DNA of 64,000 nucleotides from an uncultured virus (IMG/VR IMGVR_UViG_3300025723_000019) (IMGVR_UViG_3300025723_000019:1-64000), one strand, 5' to 3'. Positions 54,984-64,000 are shown, numbered from the stretch's first letter. Notes: generated from the sequence alone by a model not told the origin. Numbers and translations: made by a program.

Positions 54984-57905
54984 CTATGCCCTCATTGCGT
55001 TGGTAGTTCGGAGCATTTCCTTGAAGTGCTTTTGGATTGCCGCTTCGACTTGCTTGGCAACCTTGGGGTCTGCCCCACCGGTCACGTTCACGACAAAGGC
55101 GTTTGGTGAAATAGTGACGTTGTGCGTTGGCCCGGATGTGCGAGTTGACCCAGCCAGTGCCTTTCCAGCATTTGCTGGACTTCCGTTGCTGAACAGTGAC
55201 CCAACCAACGAGCCAGCACCGAACATCTTGGCTATTGCTTGGCTCATCATTTCGTGGGAGTGGGCAGCAACCATCTTCTTCATCGCAGGGTGCTTCATCA
55301 TTCGGGCGATTTCCTGAGGCTTGCCACCCTTGTCCAGCAGAATGGCCGTGGCTGAGGTGTTGTGGGCAATCCTGATGAGCCAGCCAATCATCGCATTGCT
55401 ACTTCCAGTGGTGGTGGAAGAAGAACTGGAACTTCCACCACCACCGAACAGGCCACCAAAGAAGCCTCCAATGGCCGAACCGATTCCGTGAGCAATGGTT
55501 CCAGCAGCGTGAAGCCCACCAGTCACCACACCCATAGCAGCGTGTCCGACGTGACCGACAAACTTGGCGACGTTTTTCACTCCGTTTTCGACGTGTCCAA
55601 ACTCCTTGGAACCCCATTTTGCTACATCTTGTGCGCCGTGGTACAGGAACTTTGCCGTCTTGCTAATGGCGTGACCAATCTGCTTGTGAAAAGCGACTAC
55701 GCCAGCAGCAACTGCGGCAACGGCCAAACCAACACCAAGGGTTTCTGGCGCACTGGCAAGACCGGCAGCCAAGATTCCACCTTCGGCTGCACCGGTGCCA
55801 GCAGCAGCAACACCAGCACCGGCAAGTGCTTCACCACCAGTGGCAGCAGCAGCCTCTGCTCCACCACTAGCAAGGGCAGCCTCGCCAGTGGATGCTGCAT
55901 CACCAGCAGCAGCCTCGCCAGTGGATGCTGCTTCACCAGCAGCAGCCTCGCCAGTGGATGCTGCATCACCAGCAGCAGTTTTTCCAGCACCACGACCAAA
56001 CAAGTTCTTCAACTTGCCCAGTGCGCCTCCGGCCATCTCCTTGAAAGTTTTCACTGGGTTCTTGGCGAACTTCATAAACTTCTTGAAGAATCCTTCGGCT
56101 TCCTTTGCGTCTTTGCCTGCGCCACCGCCACCGCCAACTTCGTTGCTTAATGCGTTGCCACCAAGGGCAGCCGTGTTTTCACCGAGGGCAACCGTGTTCG
56201 CTTCTACAGCAACAACTTGTGCGTCTTTTTCAGCAGCCCCACCAAGGCCGAGGATTTGCCTCAGGCCCTTACCAAAGCCACCTCCCTTCAAGTCCTTGAA
56301 GCCCTTCTGGGCCAACTTGATGCTGTCCCGCATCTTGTCAATAGTGCCGATGATGAGTTTCAACGGAGCGAGGAACATCCCTCTGGTGAACCAGACTGCG
56401 ACCAAGCCAAGGATGATGTCCTTCAGAACGCCAGTGTGGTGCGACAGTTGCTTGATGATGGGAAGCCCGTCTGCCCACTTTAGGATTTTTTCGACAACTT
56501 GTGCTACGGCAGGGACAACCTTGATGCACCACGCAAGAAAATCAGCACCCCACTGCATAAATTGAATGAGGATGGGGAAGAACTGGAGAAACAGGGGGAA
56601 CAACGCTTCCACCAGTGTGATGGCGAACTGGATGAGTTGGGGAAGAATCGGCAGCAGTGTGGCGAACACGTTGGCAAGATTTTTGAACAACTTGTCCAAT
56701 TGACCGTTTTTGGACATTTTGTCAAATGTCTTTTGCAAATTGGTGAATAACGGAAGAAGCAATTTGAGAAGTTTCAAAGACAAGTTGTCAAACAACTTTC
56801 CTATGATGGTCAAGAAGTCTTTTAGAGCAGCAGAATTTGCAAAAGCGTTTGCCATTTTACCAAATGCGTCAATAATTGGTTGAAGAACCATCATAAGGTC
56901 TGGCAATATTCTTGTGGTAATGGTGTTCAAGATTGGTTCAACAATCGTAAAAACATCACCGATTGCAGTTCCAATAGCCATCATTGTTGGCTTAATAACG
57001 TTTGCCAATTGCTGCATCATCGGAGCAATTGAACCAACCAAATTAGCAATTACATCAGAAAATGCGTTAATTAACGGGAGAAAAACCTCACCAAGTTCGA
57101 TGGTGAGGTTTTGGAAGTCGTTCTGCAACTTCTCCATCGGGTTGGCCACTGCCTGAGCAGCACCACCGAGTTCTGAGTTCACCAATTGCAAAGTGGCGTA
57201 TCGGGCAGCGATTTTGCCCTGTGAAGCCTCAATCTGCTTAATGGAGTTGATTTGGTCGGTACTCAACTGCAACGAAGAACGGCGAAGTGCTGTCACACGC
57301 TTTGCCGGGTCTTCCAATACTCGGTTCAGCAGACGAGACGCGGCGTAGACGTTGCCACCCATCGTTCCTGCCAAGTTTGCAGCAGCGTTCATTGCGTTTT
57401 CCAACTGAACGTTCATACCGGTCAGTGGCCCAGAAGTAATCTTCTGACCGGTGGCAAACATATTGGCCAGTTCCTTGTTGGTAAGGAACATCGTCTGGGC
57501 CTGCGTTATCTGGGTGACGCTCATACCGGTTGAAGTTGACTGAATCATCGCAGCATTGGCAAGAATCTTGGAGTAATTACCCTCGATTCCCTTAGTGATG
57601 CCGAACTGCTTCACCAGTTCTGGGGACAACTGGTTCTTCAGAATCGTTGCCTGAAGATTTTGTTGACCGGTCAGTTTGGAAGCGGCTTCTGCTGATTTGT
57701 CAACCATCGCAGCGACACCGAAGAAGCCAACTGCCTTGGAAAGGAACCCACCTACGTCGGCAAAAGCACCTTTGATGCCGTCTGCTGCGGCCTTTGCTGA
57801 TTCAACGCTGTCACCGACAACGCTCTTGAATTGCTTGTTGTCACCAAGGATAGCGATACGGATGGCATTGGCGATTAGGTTGTCGCCACCGGTGTCCATC
57901 GTCAT
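54984..57905 (-). CDS. tape measure protein
   Basis: long helical Ala/Leu-rich ORF downstream of tail chaperone. Confidence 0.85.
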   Translation of the reverse strand: MTMDTGGDNLIANAIRIAILGDNKQFKSVVGDSVESAKAAADGIKGAFADVGGFLSKAVGFFGVAAMVDKSAEAASKLTGQQNLQATILKNQLSPELVKQFGITKGIEGNYSKILANAAMIQSTSTGMSVTQITQAQTMFLTNKELANMFATGQKITSGPLTGMNVQLENAMNAAANLAGTMGGNVYAASRLLNRVLEDPAKRVTALRRSSLQLSTDQINSIKQIEASQGKIAARYATLQLVNSELGGAAQAVANPMEKLQNDFQNLTIELGEVFLPLINAFSDVIANLVGSIAPMMQQLANVIKPTMMAIGTAIGDVFTIVEPILNTITTRILPDLMMVLQPIIDAFGKMANAFANSAALKDFLTIIGKLFDNLSLKLLKLLLPLFTNLQKTFDKMSKNGQLDKLFKNLANVFATLLPILPQLIQFAITLVEALFPLFLQFFPILIQFMQWGADFLAWCIKVVPAVAQVVEKILKWADGLPIIKQLSHHTGVLKDIILGLVAVWFTRGMFLAPLKLIIGTIDKMRDSIKLAQKGFKDLKGGGFGKGLRQILGLGGAAEKDAQVVAVEANTVALGENTAALGGNALSNEVGGGGGAGKDAKEAEGFFKKFMKFAKNPVKTFKEMAGGALGKLKNLFGRGAGKTAAGDAASTGEAAAGEAASTGEAAAGDAASTGEAALASGGAEAAAATGGEALAGAGVAAAGTGAAEGGILAAGLASAPETLGVGLAVAAVAAGVVAFHKQIGHAISKTAKFLYHGAQDVAKWGSKEFGHVENGVKNVAKFVGHVGHAAMGVVTGGLHAAGTIAHGIGSAIGGFFGGLFGGGGSSSSSSTTTGSSNAMIGWLIRIAHNTSATAILLDKGGKPQEIARMMKHPAMKKMVAAHSHEMMSQAIAKMFGAGSLVGSLFSNGSPANAGKALAGSTRTSGPTHNVTISPNAFVVNVTGGADPKVAKQVEAAIQKHFKEMLRTTNAMRA
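55868..55977 (-). repeat. 33-bp tandem repeat x3 (GDAASTGEAAA) in tape measure
   Basis: GCAGCCTCGCCAGTGGATGCTGC repeated three times at 33-nt spacing. Confidence 0.85.
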
Positions 57906-57923
57906 TTCACTACCCCCTTTCCG

Positions 57924-58453
57924 CTAGTAGCCCTTTGTGGCCTGTTCGTGTTCGTAGTTCCTCAGTCGCCACAATGCGTGCCACTCAGTCACTTCGTAAG
58001 CGGAAATTGGTTTGTGTGACGGTGACCCGTCAAGAAGTTCCTCTACGGTTCGGCCTAACTTTTCAGCCAACTCAAAGAGAAATCTCCTTTCCGGGTCATC
58101 TACAAGCCTTTTCCCGCCCTCTCAATTGCATCCTCGTCCATACCGGACAAGCGCATTGCAACCGTGGCGATGAGTTCGATGGCCGAGGCAGCCTTGGACA
58201 TCAGCATCTCGCGGTCGGCTGGCGTGAACACACGCTCGCCCGTCTCTGGGTCGAAAGTGCAGTGAATCACCAAGTCGGGCAGGACTTCTTCCAAGTCGAA
58301 GTTGCCGTTGGCCTGAACCGAGCGACCAATCATCCGGGCGCGGTCCTTGGCCGTCATTGACTTGACCAGCACGGTGACATTCCACTGCGCGATTTCCAAA
58401 AGTTCGCTTTCGATATCGTCTACGGCAAAAATTTGCTGTGCGAGATTTGACAT
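57924..58453 (-). CDS. tail assembly chaperone with -1 programmed frameshift (short form 58100-58453)
   Basis: slippery G GGA AAA at 58115-58109; -1 frame continues RLVDDPERRFLFELAEKLGRTV..to TAG 57924. Confidence 0.85.
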
Positions 58454-58475
58454 TCCTGCTCCTTACTAGGGTTAC

Positions 58476-59246
58476 CTAGAGGATAGTCCGATACACGGGG
58501 CCTGTCACTTGGATTTCACCGTCGAACGTCACAACGCCGTTGACCGATGACTTCAGGTCGTACTTGGTGAAAACGCCTTGGCCGAAGTACTTGATGGATG
58601 GCACACCAGCCGAACCAAGAACGAACTGGCCGGGGTCAGACGGGCCGTACACGAACTGAACGAAGTTTCCAGCAATGTTCTGCCAGTTCTCCATACAGTA
58701 AACGATGTAGTCAATTCCACCAGCAACGCCATCGGCAGCCGAGGTTGCACCAGCAGCAGTCTGGTCGTACATACCAGCAAACGTAAGCGAGTAGCCCTTC
58801 AGACCCTGAATGTAGGTCTTCACACCGGCTTGGCTGAACGTCGTGGTTTCGCTTGCGTCAATGGCAACCGGAAGTCCAGCGTCGTTGATAAATGGCGAGA
58901 TGTTCACCATCGGCAGAAGCGGAACGCCAGCCGTACCAACGGCAGGCAGGACACCGGTTCCACCAATTGCCGATTCAGCCAGCGTGACGCTCGTGCTGCT
59001 GCTCGTGATTTGGGTGGTCGTGTAGCCGGGGATTCCACCAGCGAACACACCATAGGTGGCCGTCGAACCAGCGAGCATTGACGGGCTGCCGTAAGCACCG
59101 GCACCACCAGCGAGCAGGGTGCCAGCAGGCACTAAAACGCTGGAGAGCGACGAGGAACTGGTCAGGGTGCAGGTTGCGTAGGTGGAACCGGACAACTCGT
59201 ATCCGAGGGCCAGAAACGCGTTCTTACCGTGATTGAAAATGGGCAT
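58476..59246 (-). CDS. major tail (tube) protein paralog 2
   Basis: MPIFNHGKN, ETTTF..KTYIQGLK, TKYDLKS.V.GVV. Confidence 0.75.
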   Translation of the reverse strand: MPIFNHGKNAFLALGYELSGSTYATCTLTSSSSLSSVLVPAGTLLAGGAGAYGSPSMLAGSTATYGVFAGGIPGYTTTQITSSSTSVTLAESAIGGTGVLPAVGTAGVPLLPMVNISPFINDAGLPVAIDASETTTFSQAGVKTYIQGLKGYSLTFAGMYDQTAAGATSAADGVAGGIDYIVYCMENWQNIAGNFVQFVYGPSDPGQFVLGSAGVPSIKYFGQGVFTKYDLKSSVNGVVTFDGEIQVTGPVYRTIL

Positions 59247-59258
59247 TGCTATCTCCTT

Positions 59259-60260
59259 CTAGAAGCGGGCGAACCCGTAGTAGATGTTGGCTGTCACTCC
59301 GCTTCCGACGGAGTAGTACAGGCGGGTGTACTGCGGGATGGTTCCAACGAGGTTGATGGCGACTGCACCAATCCCGTAAGAGGTTGAAGCGTCAACAGTC
59401 AGCGTTTCCACCGTTGTCCACACTGAGCCGGTTGGCGAGGTTTGGAATTCCAGCAACGAAGAACCGGAGTTGCCGTTGGCCGACGAAACGCCCATAATCA
59501 ACAGCCCACCCTTTGAGGTGGAAAAGTTGTTGTTGACCGTGGCTGCTGCAATGAGGCTGGTGGTTCCCGAAGTGATGTACTGGCCGTATCCACGCCACAC
59601 GCCACCATCGGCCTGAAGTTCCATATCAGCACTAACAACACCGGCAACTGGCGACTTCAAGTCGTACTTAGTTTGGACACCGTTGGCCATATAGCAAACT
59701 GCCGGGGTAGCGTTGTTTCCACCATCAAGGAAGATAAGAACGGACTTGTTGGCTGCGAGGTTGGCAGTCCTGTACATAATTGGGTCAATACCGGCTGGTG
59801 TTCCGTCATAGAAGCCGGACAGACTGACGGTGCCTTCCTTCAACCCTTGAATGTAGGACTTACTGCCACCGGTTTGGAACGTGGTGGTTTCAGTAGCGTC
59901 AATCATCTGGCTGATGCTGGCATCGTTCAGAAATTGGGAGAGGTCGTAGCCAATTCCGGTCACTCCAGCCGAAACTTGGGGCAGAAGCACAGTGAAAACC
60001 TGTGGGGCCGTTGCGCTGTAGACACCCGAACTCGGCGTGGCGTTAAGCATTACGGAGTTGGAACCGATTGAGGTGATGACTGCCGACCACGACAGGTCTG
60101 AGGGAGACGTGATGACCATTCCAACCGTCAAGCCGAACGAGGTGACTACGCCAGTCAAGTAATAACTGCTGTTGGTGGCCGTGCCAGTGAACGTGCCTGC
60201 CGTCGAATTTGGAACCGTGAGGATGGTGCGAGTATTCTTACCGTGCTGGAAAATCGGCAT
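59259..60260 (-). CDS. major tail (tube) protein paralog 1 with extra domains
   Basis: MPIFQHGKN, ETTTF..KSYIQGLK, TKYDLKSPVAGVV. Confidence 0.75.
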   Translation of the reverse strand: MPIFQHGKNTRTILTVPNSTAGTFTGTATNSSYYLTGVVTSFGLTVGMVITSPSDLSWSAVITSIGSNSVMLNATPSSGVYSATAPQVFTVLLPQVSAGVTGIGYDLSQFLNDASISQMIDATETTTFQTGGSKSYIQGLKEGTVSLSGFYDGTPAGIDPIMYRTANLAANKSVLIFLDGGNNATPAVCYMANGVQTKYDLKSPVAGVVSADMELQADGGVWRGYGQYITSGTTSLIAAATVNNNFSTSKGGLLIMGVSSANGNSGSSLLEFQTSPTGSVWTTVETLTVDASTSYGIGAVAINLVGTIPQYTRLYYSVGSGVTANIYYGFARF

Positions 60261-60475
60261 TAGTTGGCCTCGGTAGTCGCAGGGGCAGGCTCGCTAGCAT
60301 CCACGTCTGGCTCAGGTGCTGATTCGACAGGAACGATGTAGCCACCTTCAAGAAGCCACGAAATGTCCTCGCCGGGGATATCCGTCACCACGTCACTGGG
60401 CATAGCCCGCTTACCGTTGTAGGTAAGGGGCGACTTGTCGGTGACTTGGTAGGACTTCGGTGCAGCCTTAGCCAT
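60260..60475 (-). CDS. small virion-associated protein
   Basis: TAATG coupling; WLLEGGYIVP. Confidence 0.65.
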   Translation of the reverse strand: MAKAAPKSYQVTDKSPLTYNGKRAMPSDVVTDIPGEDISWLLEGGYIVPVESAPEPDVDASEPAPATTEAN

Positions 60476-60556
60476 CTGGCCCTTCCGGTGAGCGAGGGTA
60501 CTTACCCCGCAAGATTACCACCGAAAGTCCGAAATGGATTTGACTACAACACCGTA

Positions 60557-60829
60557 CTACGCCTTGGCAGGCCTGCGATTCCTGACCTTTGGCTTGCTGA
60601 CCCGGTTCGGTAAGAACGTTCGGAACGAGCCGTGACCATTGGGGCCACCGTGGACAGTCACCTCAGTGACTTCGCCATCTTTGACCTTGGCCCATTGGAA
60701 ACGCCAATCACCACGCTCGCCCTTGACGAGTACGAGGTCACCCTTGACGAGGCCATCCCATTCCTCAACGTTCTCCCATTCGTAGGTGAGAGCGAGGTCT
60801 GCCACGCCTTGCGTTTTCCGCGCTGCCAT
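60557..60829 (-). CDS. SH3-like hypothetical protein, paralog of 38636-38923
   Basis: see paralog; AGGAG RBS. Confidence 0.75.
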   Translation of the reverse strand: MAARKTQGVADLALTYEWENVEEWDGLVKGDLVLVKGERGDWRFQWAKVKDGEVTEVTVHGGPNGHGSFRTFLPNRVSKPKVRNRRPAKA

Positions 60830-60882
60830 TTTGTCTCCTGTGTATTTCCCTAGGGGATTCTACACAACCTTGGATTGGCTGC

Positions 60883-61176
60883 TTAGTAGTCCTCAGGGAG
60901 CAAAATGGTGGTGATGCTCCGGTCATACTCGGTGATGACCCACACCTTGATGCCTTCGATTTCGTAGGCCGACAGGATACGGCTTCCGTTCTTCACGGCA
61001 TCGTCGTTGGAACTCTTGTCCTCGTTGTCAACGATTCCCCAGTCGCCAGACTGGTGACGGCCAAGGATTTTGACCATCTCGTAGGAAGCCTCAGGGTTGG
61101 CCTCGGTGAGGGTGTTCAGGGCGTTGGTCGTGATGACCACGTTCCCAAGGGGGAACAGAGGGGTGATGGTGTTCAT
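60883..61176 (-). CDS. conserved mobile-element hypothetical protein
   Basis: FPLGNVVIT, RHQSGDWG, RILSAY, WVITEYDRSITTILLPEDY. Confidence 0.8.
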   Translation of the reverse strand: MNTITPLFPLGNVVITTNALNTLTEANPEASYEMVKILGRHQSGDWGIVDNEDKSSNDDAVKNGSRILSAYEIEGIKVWVITEYDRSITTILLPEDY

Positions 61177-61319
61177 TGCTCTCCTATCGTCTGGGCTTCG
61201 GTGGCTCCGTTGCTCAGGTCTTGCTCGTACTTCCTACGCACAATGGGAAAAAGCACTGCTGCAAAGTCCTGAGCGAATCTGTTCATCGCTGCTTGCTGTT
61301 CTTCTGTGAGGTTGCTCAT
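61173..61319 (-). CDS. small hypothetical protein
   Basis: 48-aa leaderless ORF after promoter; TGA overlaps next ATG. Confidence 0.55.
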   Translation of the reverse strand: MSNLTEEQQAAMNRFAQDFAAVLFPIVRRKYEQDLSNGATEAQTIGEQ

Positions 61320-61325
61320 ACCCTA

Positions 61326-61354
61326 AGTTTACATTAGGGTTAGAACAAAGTCAA
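61326..61354 (-). promoter_or_regulatory. sigma70-type promoter inside structural region
   Basis: TTGACT-17-TAAACT. Confidence 0.65.
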
Positions 61355-61363
61355 GTCAGGATT

Positions 61364-61600
61364 TTAGATTTCTTGCTGATGCCCGCAGGGGCAGACGAGG
61401 AACGAGCCGTTGACCGTAGGAACCTTCACGGCATCGGTGTGTTGGCATCCCTCAGGCTGCTGTTCCGGCTCCGTCTCTGGCTCAGGCTCAGGGGCAGAAC
61501 CACCCAACATCTGTTCGACGGCTTCCAAAGCACGGATGGCTGCGAGGTTGGCTGCCTTGGCAGCCTCAATGGATTTCAGTACAAGGTTGAGTTCGCTCAC
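61364..61600 (-). CDS. hypothetical protein
   Basis: GTGA coupling; CQH..CPCG. Confidence 0.6.
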   Translation of the reverse strand: MSELNLVLKSIEAAKAANLAAIRALEAVEQMLGGSAPEPEPETEPEQQPEGCQHTDAVKVPTVNGSFLVCPCGHQQEI

Positions 61601-62031
61601 GACGAGGGCGTAGCGACCATCGCTGTGAAGTTGATGGTGAACTTAGGTCGGTCAGTATCGTCGTAGCCGATGTAGTTCGGCATCCCCATAGGAGCGATAC
61701 GGAGAATGTTGGTGCCGTCAATAGTGACGTTTGTGACCACTGAGGACAAAATTGTCCAAAGGATGTAGGCCAACTGGTAGGCATCCGGGTAGTCCTCTCG
61801 CTCACCACGAACGAGCAACTGGAGTTTTGGATTCTCAATGACCGCCGGTGCTGAACCCATCGTCATCGTCGGAGTTCCACCACCGTATTGTTGGATGAGG
61901 ACGGCAGCGTTCGGGGCTTCTGCCGGGAAGCGACCAAGGAACAGGTTCCCACCGAGGGTCAACTGCTGATTGCTAGGGAGACTGGCTGTCTGGTCTTGGA
62001 GATACTGGCCCATCGAATCAAGGAGTGCCAT
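61597..62031 (-). CDS. tail terminator-like protein
   Basis: LFLGRFP..P, P.LQLLVRG, YIGYDDTDRP.F..NF; position. Confidence 0.7.
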   Translation of the reverse strand: MALLDSMGQYLQDQTASLPSNQQLTLGGNLFLGRFPAEAPNAAVLIQQYGGGTPTMTMGSAPAVIENPKLQLLVRGEREDYPDAYQLAYILWTILSSVVTNVTIDGTNILRIAPMGMPNYIGYDDTDRPKFTINFTAMVATPSS

Positions 62032-62420
62032 TATTCTTTCAACGCCTTTCGGATTCTACGCTTTACGTCTTCTACGAGGTCGGGGAAATTGTCGGTAAAC
62101 GGTTGTTCAAGGTACTTCGCCTGCGTTGGATACTCGTGGTAAGCATCCAAATCTTCGTGGACAATCACTGCGTAATCCACCAAATTGTCGCCGTAGGTGA
62201 TTGACCCACCAACCGTGTTTTCGTCACGGAGCACGGCATCGTCAACTTGGCCACTCATCATCAAATCACCAGTGTCCACTGGGACTAACTCTTGGCTCAG
62301 TTGAAAAACGAAGTGCAGATATTCGTTATAGGCATCAACCATTTCCTCCAAAACACGCTTTGGAGCGTTCATCATATTGAACAGGTGGAGCGAGACTTCG
62401 GCAGTAAGTTCTTCGGCCAT
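62031..62420 (-). CDS. HK97 gp10-like neck protein
   Basis: VPVDTGDL..SG, YAVIVHE, QAKYLEQP. Confidence 0.75.
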   Translation of the reverse strand: MAEELTAEVSLHLFNMMNAPKRVLEEMVDAYNEYLHFVFQLSQELVPVDTGDLMMSGQVDDAVLRDENTVGGSITYGDNLVDYAVIVHEDLDAYHEYPTQAKYLEQPFTDNFPDLVEDVKRRIRKALKE

Positions 62421-62431
62421 TTCACTGCCCC

Positions 62432-62842
62432 CTATTCAAAGTGCAGAACGGTGTTGTACCCCGTCAGGCCAGTCTCATCGAAGTTGTTCTCTACATACAT
62501 CACCACTGGGTACTTCAAGGATTCCTGCGTCTGGTTTGGGACAACGACCAGACACTCAGTAGTGAGGTTGGGGTAGAAACCGTTGAGGTAGGCACGGCCA
62601 GAACTCATCCGGTCACGGCCATTTTCAGTGGCCAGCACCTTCATTTTGTACTCCAAGCGACACTTGTAGGTCACTGGTGGGCCGTATTCCACCGTCGAAC
62701 CACTTTGCCCACTGCTGTTGACGTAGTGTCTCCCGTAGCCATCCAAAACCGGTGGGCCACCACCGGGGCTTTTTGCTGCAATCGGGTTTTGGACGATAAT
62801 GGTCTGGGTCATTATCGCCAGAAGTTCTGGGTCAATACTCAC
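62432..62842 (-). CDS. head-to-tail stopper-like protein
   Basis: MTQTIIV, DGYG, CRLE; position. Confidence 0.65.
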   Translation of the reverse strand: MSIDPELLAIMTQTIIVQNPIAAKSPGGGPPVLDGYGRHYVNSSGQSGSTVEYGPPVTYKCRLEYKMKVLATENGRDRMSSGRAYLNGFYPNLTTECLVVVPNQTQESLKYPVVMYVENNFDETGLTGYNTVLHFE

Positions 62843-63357
62843 GGTACATCGTTGCCGTTGTATTCATCGCCGTTGGCATCGGAGTTGTTTTCACCACCAC
62901 CGGGGTTGTAGCCCATCCCGTAGGAAGTCGTTGTGCCGAGTTCTGAGTTCGTCGGCCAAGTGTTTTCAGTGAGGATGTACGGGTCAAGGCCACCAACTTT
63001 GAGTTCTGCCCAGAGTGCGTGGGGGTCAACGTTGGCAATCGGGGGATTGACACGACGGCTGCGAATCAGCAAGTCCTTGGCCAGACGCTCAAAACGCTGC
63101 GCTCGGTCACCGTAGCCTTGGCTCAGGGAGAGGCCACCGACGCTCTTGGAGACGTTGGTTGCCTGCTGGGTGAACTTGGCAGCCAAGTTGTAGCAACTGT
63201 TCGATGCAGCACGGTAGACATCCATATTCACCTCAGAGAGGTTGAAGTAGATTTCCTCGTCTTGGAGAAGCGGGTCACCTTCGTTGGTGTCTCCGATGAG
63301 GAAGCGCACGGCATCCTTGACGGAACTGGTTGGGTCTTGCGTGTATGTCCACGTCAT
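62839..63357 (-). CDS. head-to-tail adaptor-like protein
   Basis: WTY..DP..DAVRFLIGDT..LLQDEEI; KSVGGLSLS. Confidence 0.7.
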   Translation of the reverse strand: MTWTYTQDPTSSVKDAVRFLIGDTNEGDPLLQDEEIYFNLSEVNMDVYRAASNSCYNLAAKFTQQATNVSKSVGGLSLSQGYGDRAQRFERLAKDLLIRSRRVNPPIANVDPHALWAELKVGGLDPYILTENTWPTNSELGTTTSYGMGYNPGGGENNSDANGDEYNGNDVP

Positions 63358-63365
63358 CTTTTCAC

Positions 63366-63698
63366 CTACGACATCACTGGTTGGTCAATACGGATAGAGC
63401 CGGTCAACACACGCTGCTGCGCCGTTGGGCCGTAGGTTGCTGTCACTTGCAAGTACCACACACCGGGGGTCAACTTGTTGAGGTCACCGGGGTTCCAATT
63501 GACAATGAGATTTGGGGCGACGGCAAAGCCTTGAATCCCACTGGTCTTGGTCAAAACGGCTGGACTGGGGAAACGTCCAATCTTCAATTGGAACGACCAG
63601 TCCGGGATGCTGAAATCTATGACGTTCCCCACGGCATCTTCCCAAGTAAATTCCAGTTCTGGGAGACTGGCTGCTGGAGTTGGGTAGTTAATCGTCAT
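63366..63698 (-). CDS. BppU-like Ig-fold virion protein
   Basis: W.PGDL..PGVWYLQVT..G.IRI. Confidence 0.55.
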   Translation of the reverse strand: MTINYPTPAASLPELEFTWEDAVGNVIDFSIPDWSFQLKIGRFPSPAVLTKTSGIQGFAVAPNLIVNWNPGDLNKLTPGVWYLQVTATYGPTAQQRVLTGSIRIDQPVMS

Positions 63699-63700
63699 TT

Positions 63701-64000
63701 TTATGGGCCGTCCTTGTAAGAGCCTACTCCACCGTCTTCAAAAAGAATTTGGGACATTTCACCATACACCCCAGCAGCCGTTTTTTCGATATACGTTTCG
63801 GGCAGGGGGTTGGTGATGATGCGAGCAAAACTGAAGCACGAAGCGACCTGAACGAGGATTCCAGCACCGTTAACAATTGCTTGCAACGAACGGCTACTAG
63901 ATACGGCTTGCACCAGAGATGCTGCTGAATTGGTCAGGTAGGAAGTCTTCTTGGCTTCGGTCTTGGCCTCTACGAGTTTTGCTGCTCCAGTTTCCCTGTG
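63701..64000 (-). CDS. hypothetical virion protein (starts beyond window)
   Basis: ORF ends at TAA 63701 and appears open toward the window edge. Confidence 0.45.
   Translation of the reverse strand, partial: HRETGAAKLVEAKTEAKKTSYLTNSAASLVQAVSSSRSLQAIVNGAGILVQVASCFSFARIITNPLPETYIEKTAAGVYGEMSQILFEDGGVGSYKDGP

Noticed and set aside
55868..55977. CRISPR-like repeat
   Set aside because: In-frame 33-bp coding tandem repeat without unique spacers; no cas genes.
1..64000. Integrase/att site, capsid, portal or endolysin
   Set aside because: No supporting motifs found in this window. They may lie outside it.

Overview
The whole window is a segment of a tailed dsDNA phage genome with siphovirus-type tail genes. 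The host is probably high-GC and actinobacterial-like, inferred from the many leaderless genes and the gene content. In order it carries: an amidoligase/glutamine-amidotransferase early operon; a terminase large subunit split into two genes, with a mini-intein; a terminase small subunit; many small accessory genes; a double-ParB protein; a SNF2-like helicase; tail-fibre-like genes; RusA, HslV-like and papain-like enzymes; a replication/recombination block (initiator, loader, AAA ATPase, Gam); and the tail/neck operon (3081-aa tail protein, tape measure, frameshifted chaperone, two tail-tube paralogs, head-tail connectors). I saw no integrase, tRNA, CRISPR array, capsid or portal gene. The most unusual signals are five. 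(1) Six to seven proteins share an N-terminal leader (F-x4-LL..YPV[SV]K|G..GH[PVE]F[RHL]GNQ[YW]) fused to unrelated cargo domains, including three GNAT-like domains, which suggests a modular virion-packaged effector system. (2) A LAGLIDADG endonuclease gene is nested antisense and codon-aligned inside the helicase without breaking its frame. (3) A 9-mer, ATTTCACTR, occurs about 33 times. (4) A ~490-nt structured non-coding RNA candidate has its own promoter, boxA-like element and terminator. (5) Hairpin plus boxA-like elements follow three promoters. All functional calls come from reading motifs by eye; no database searches were run.
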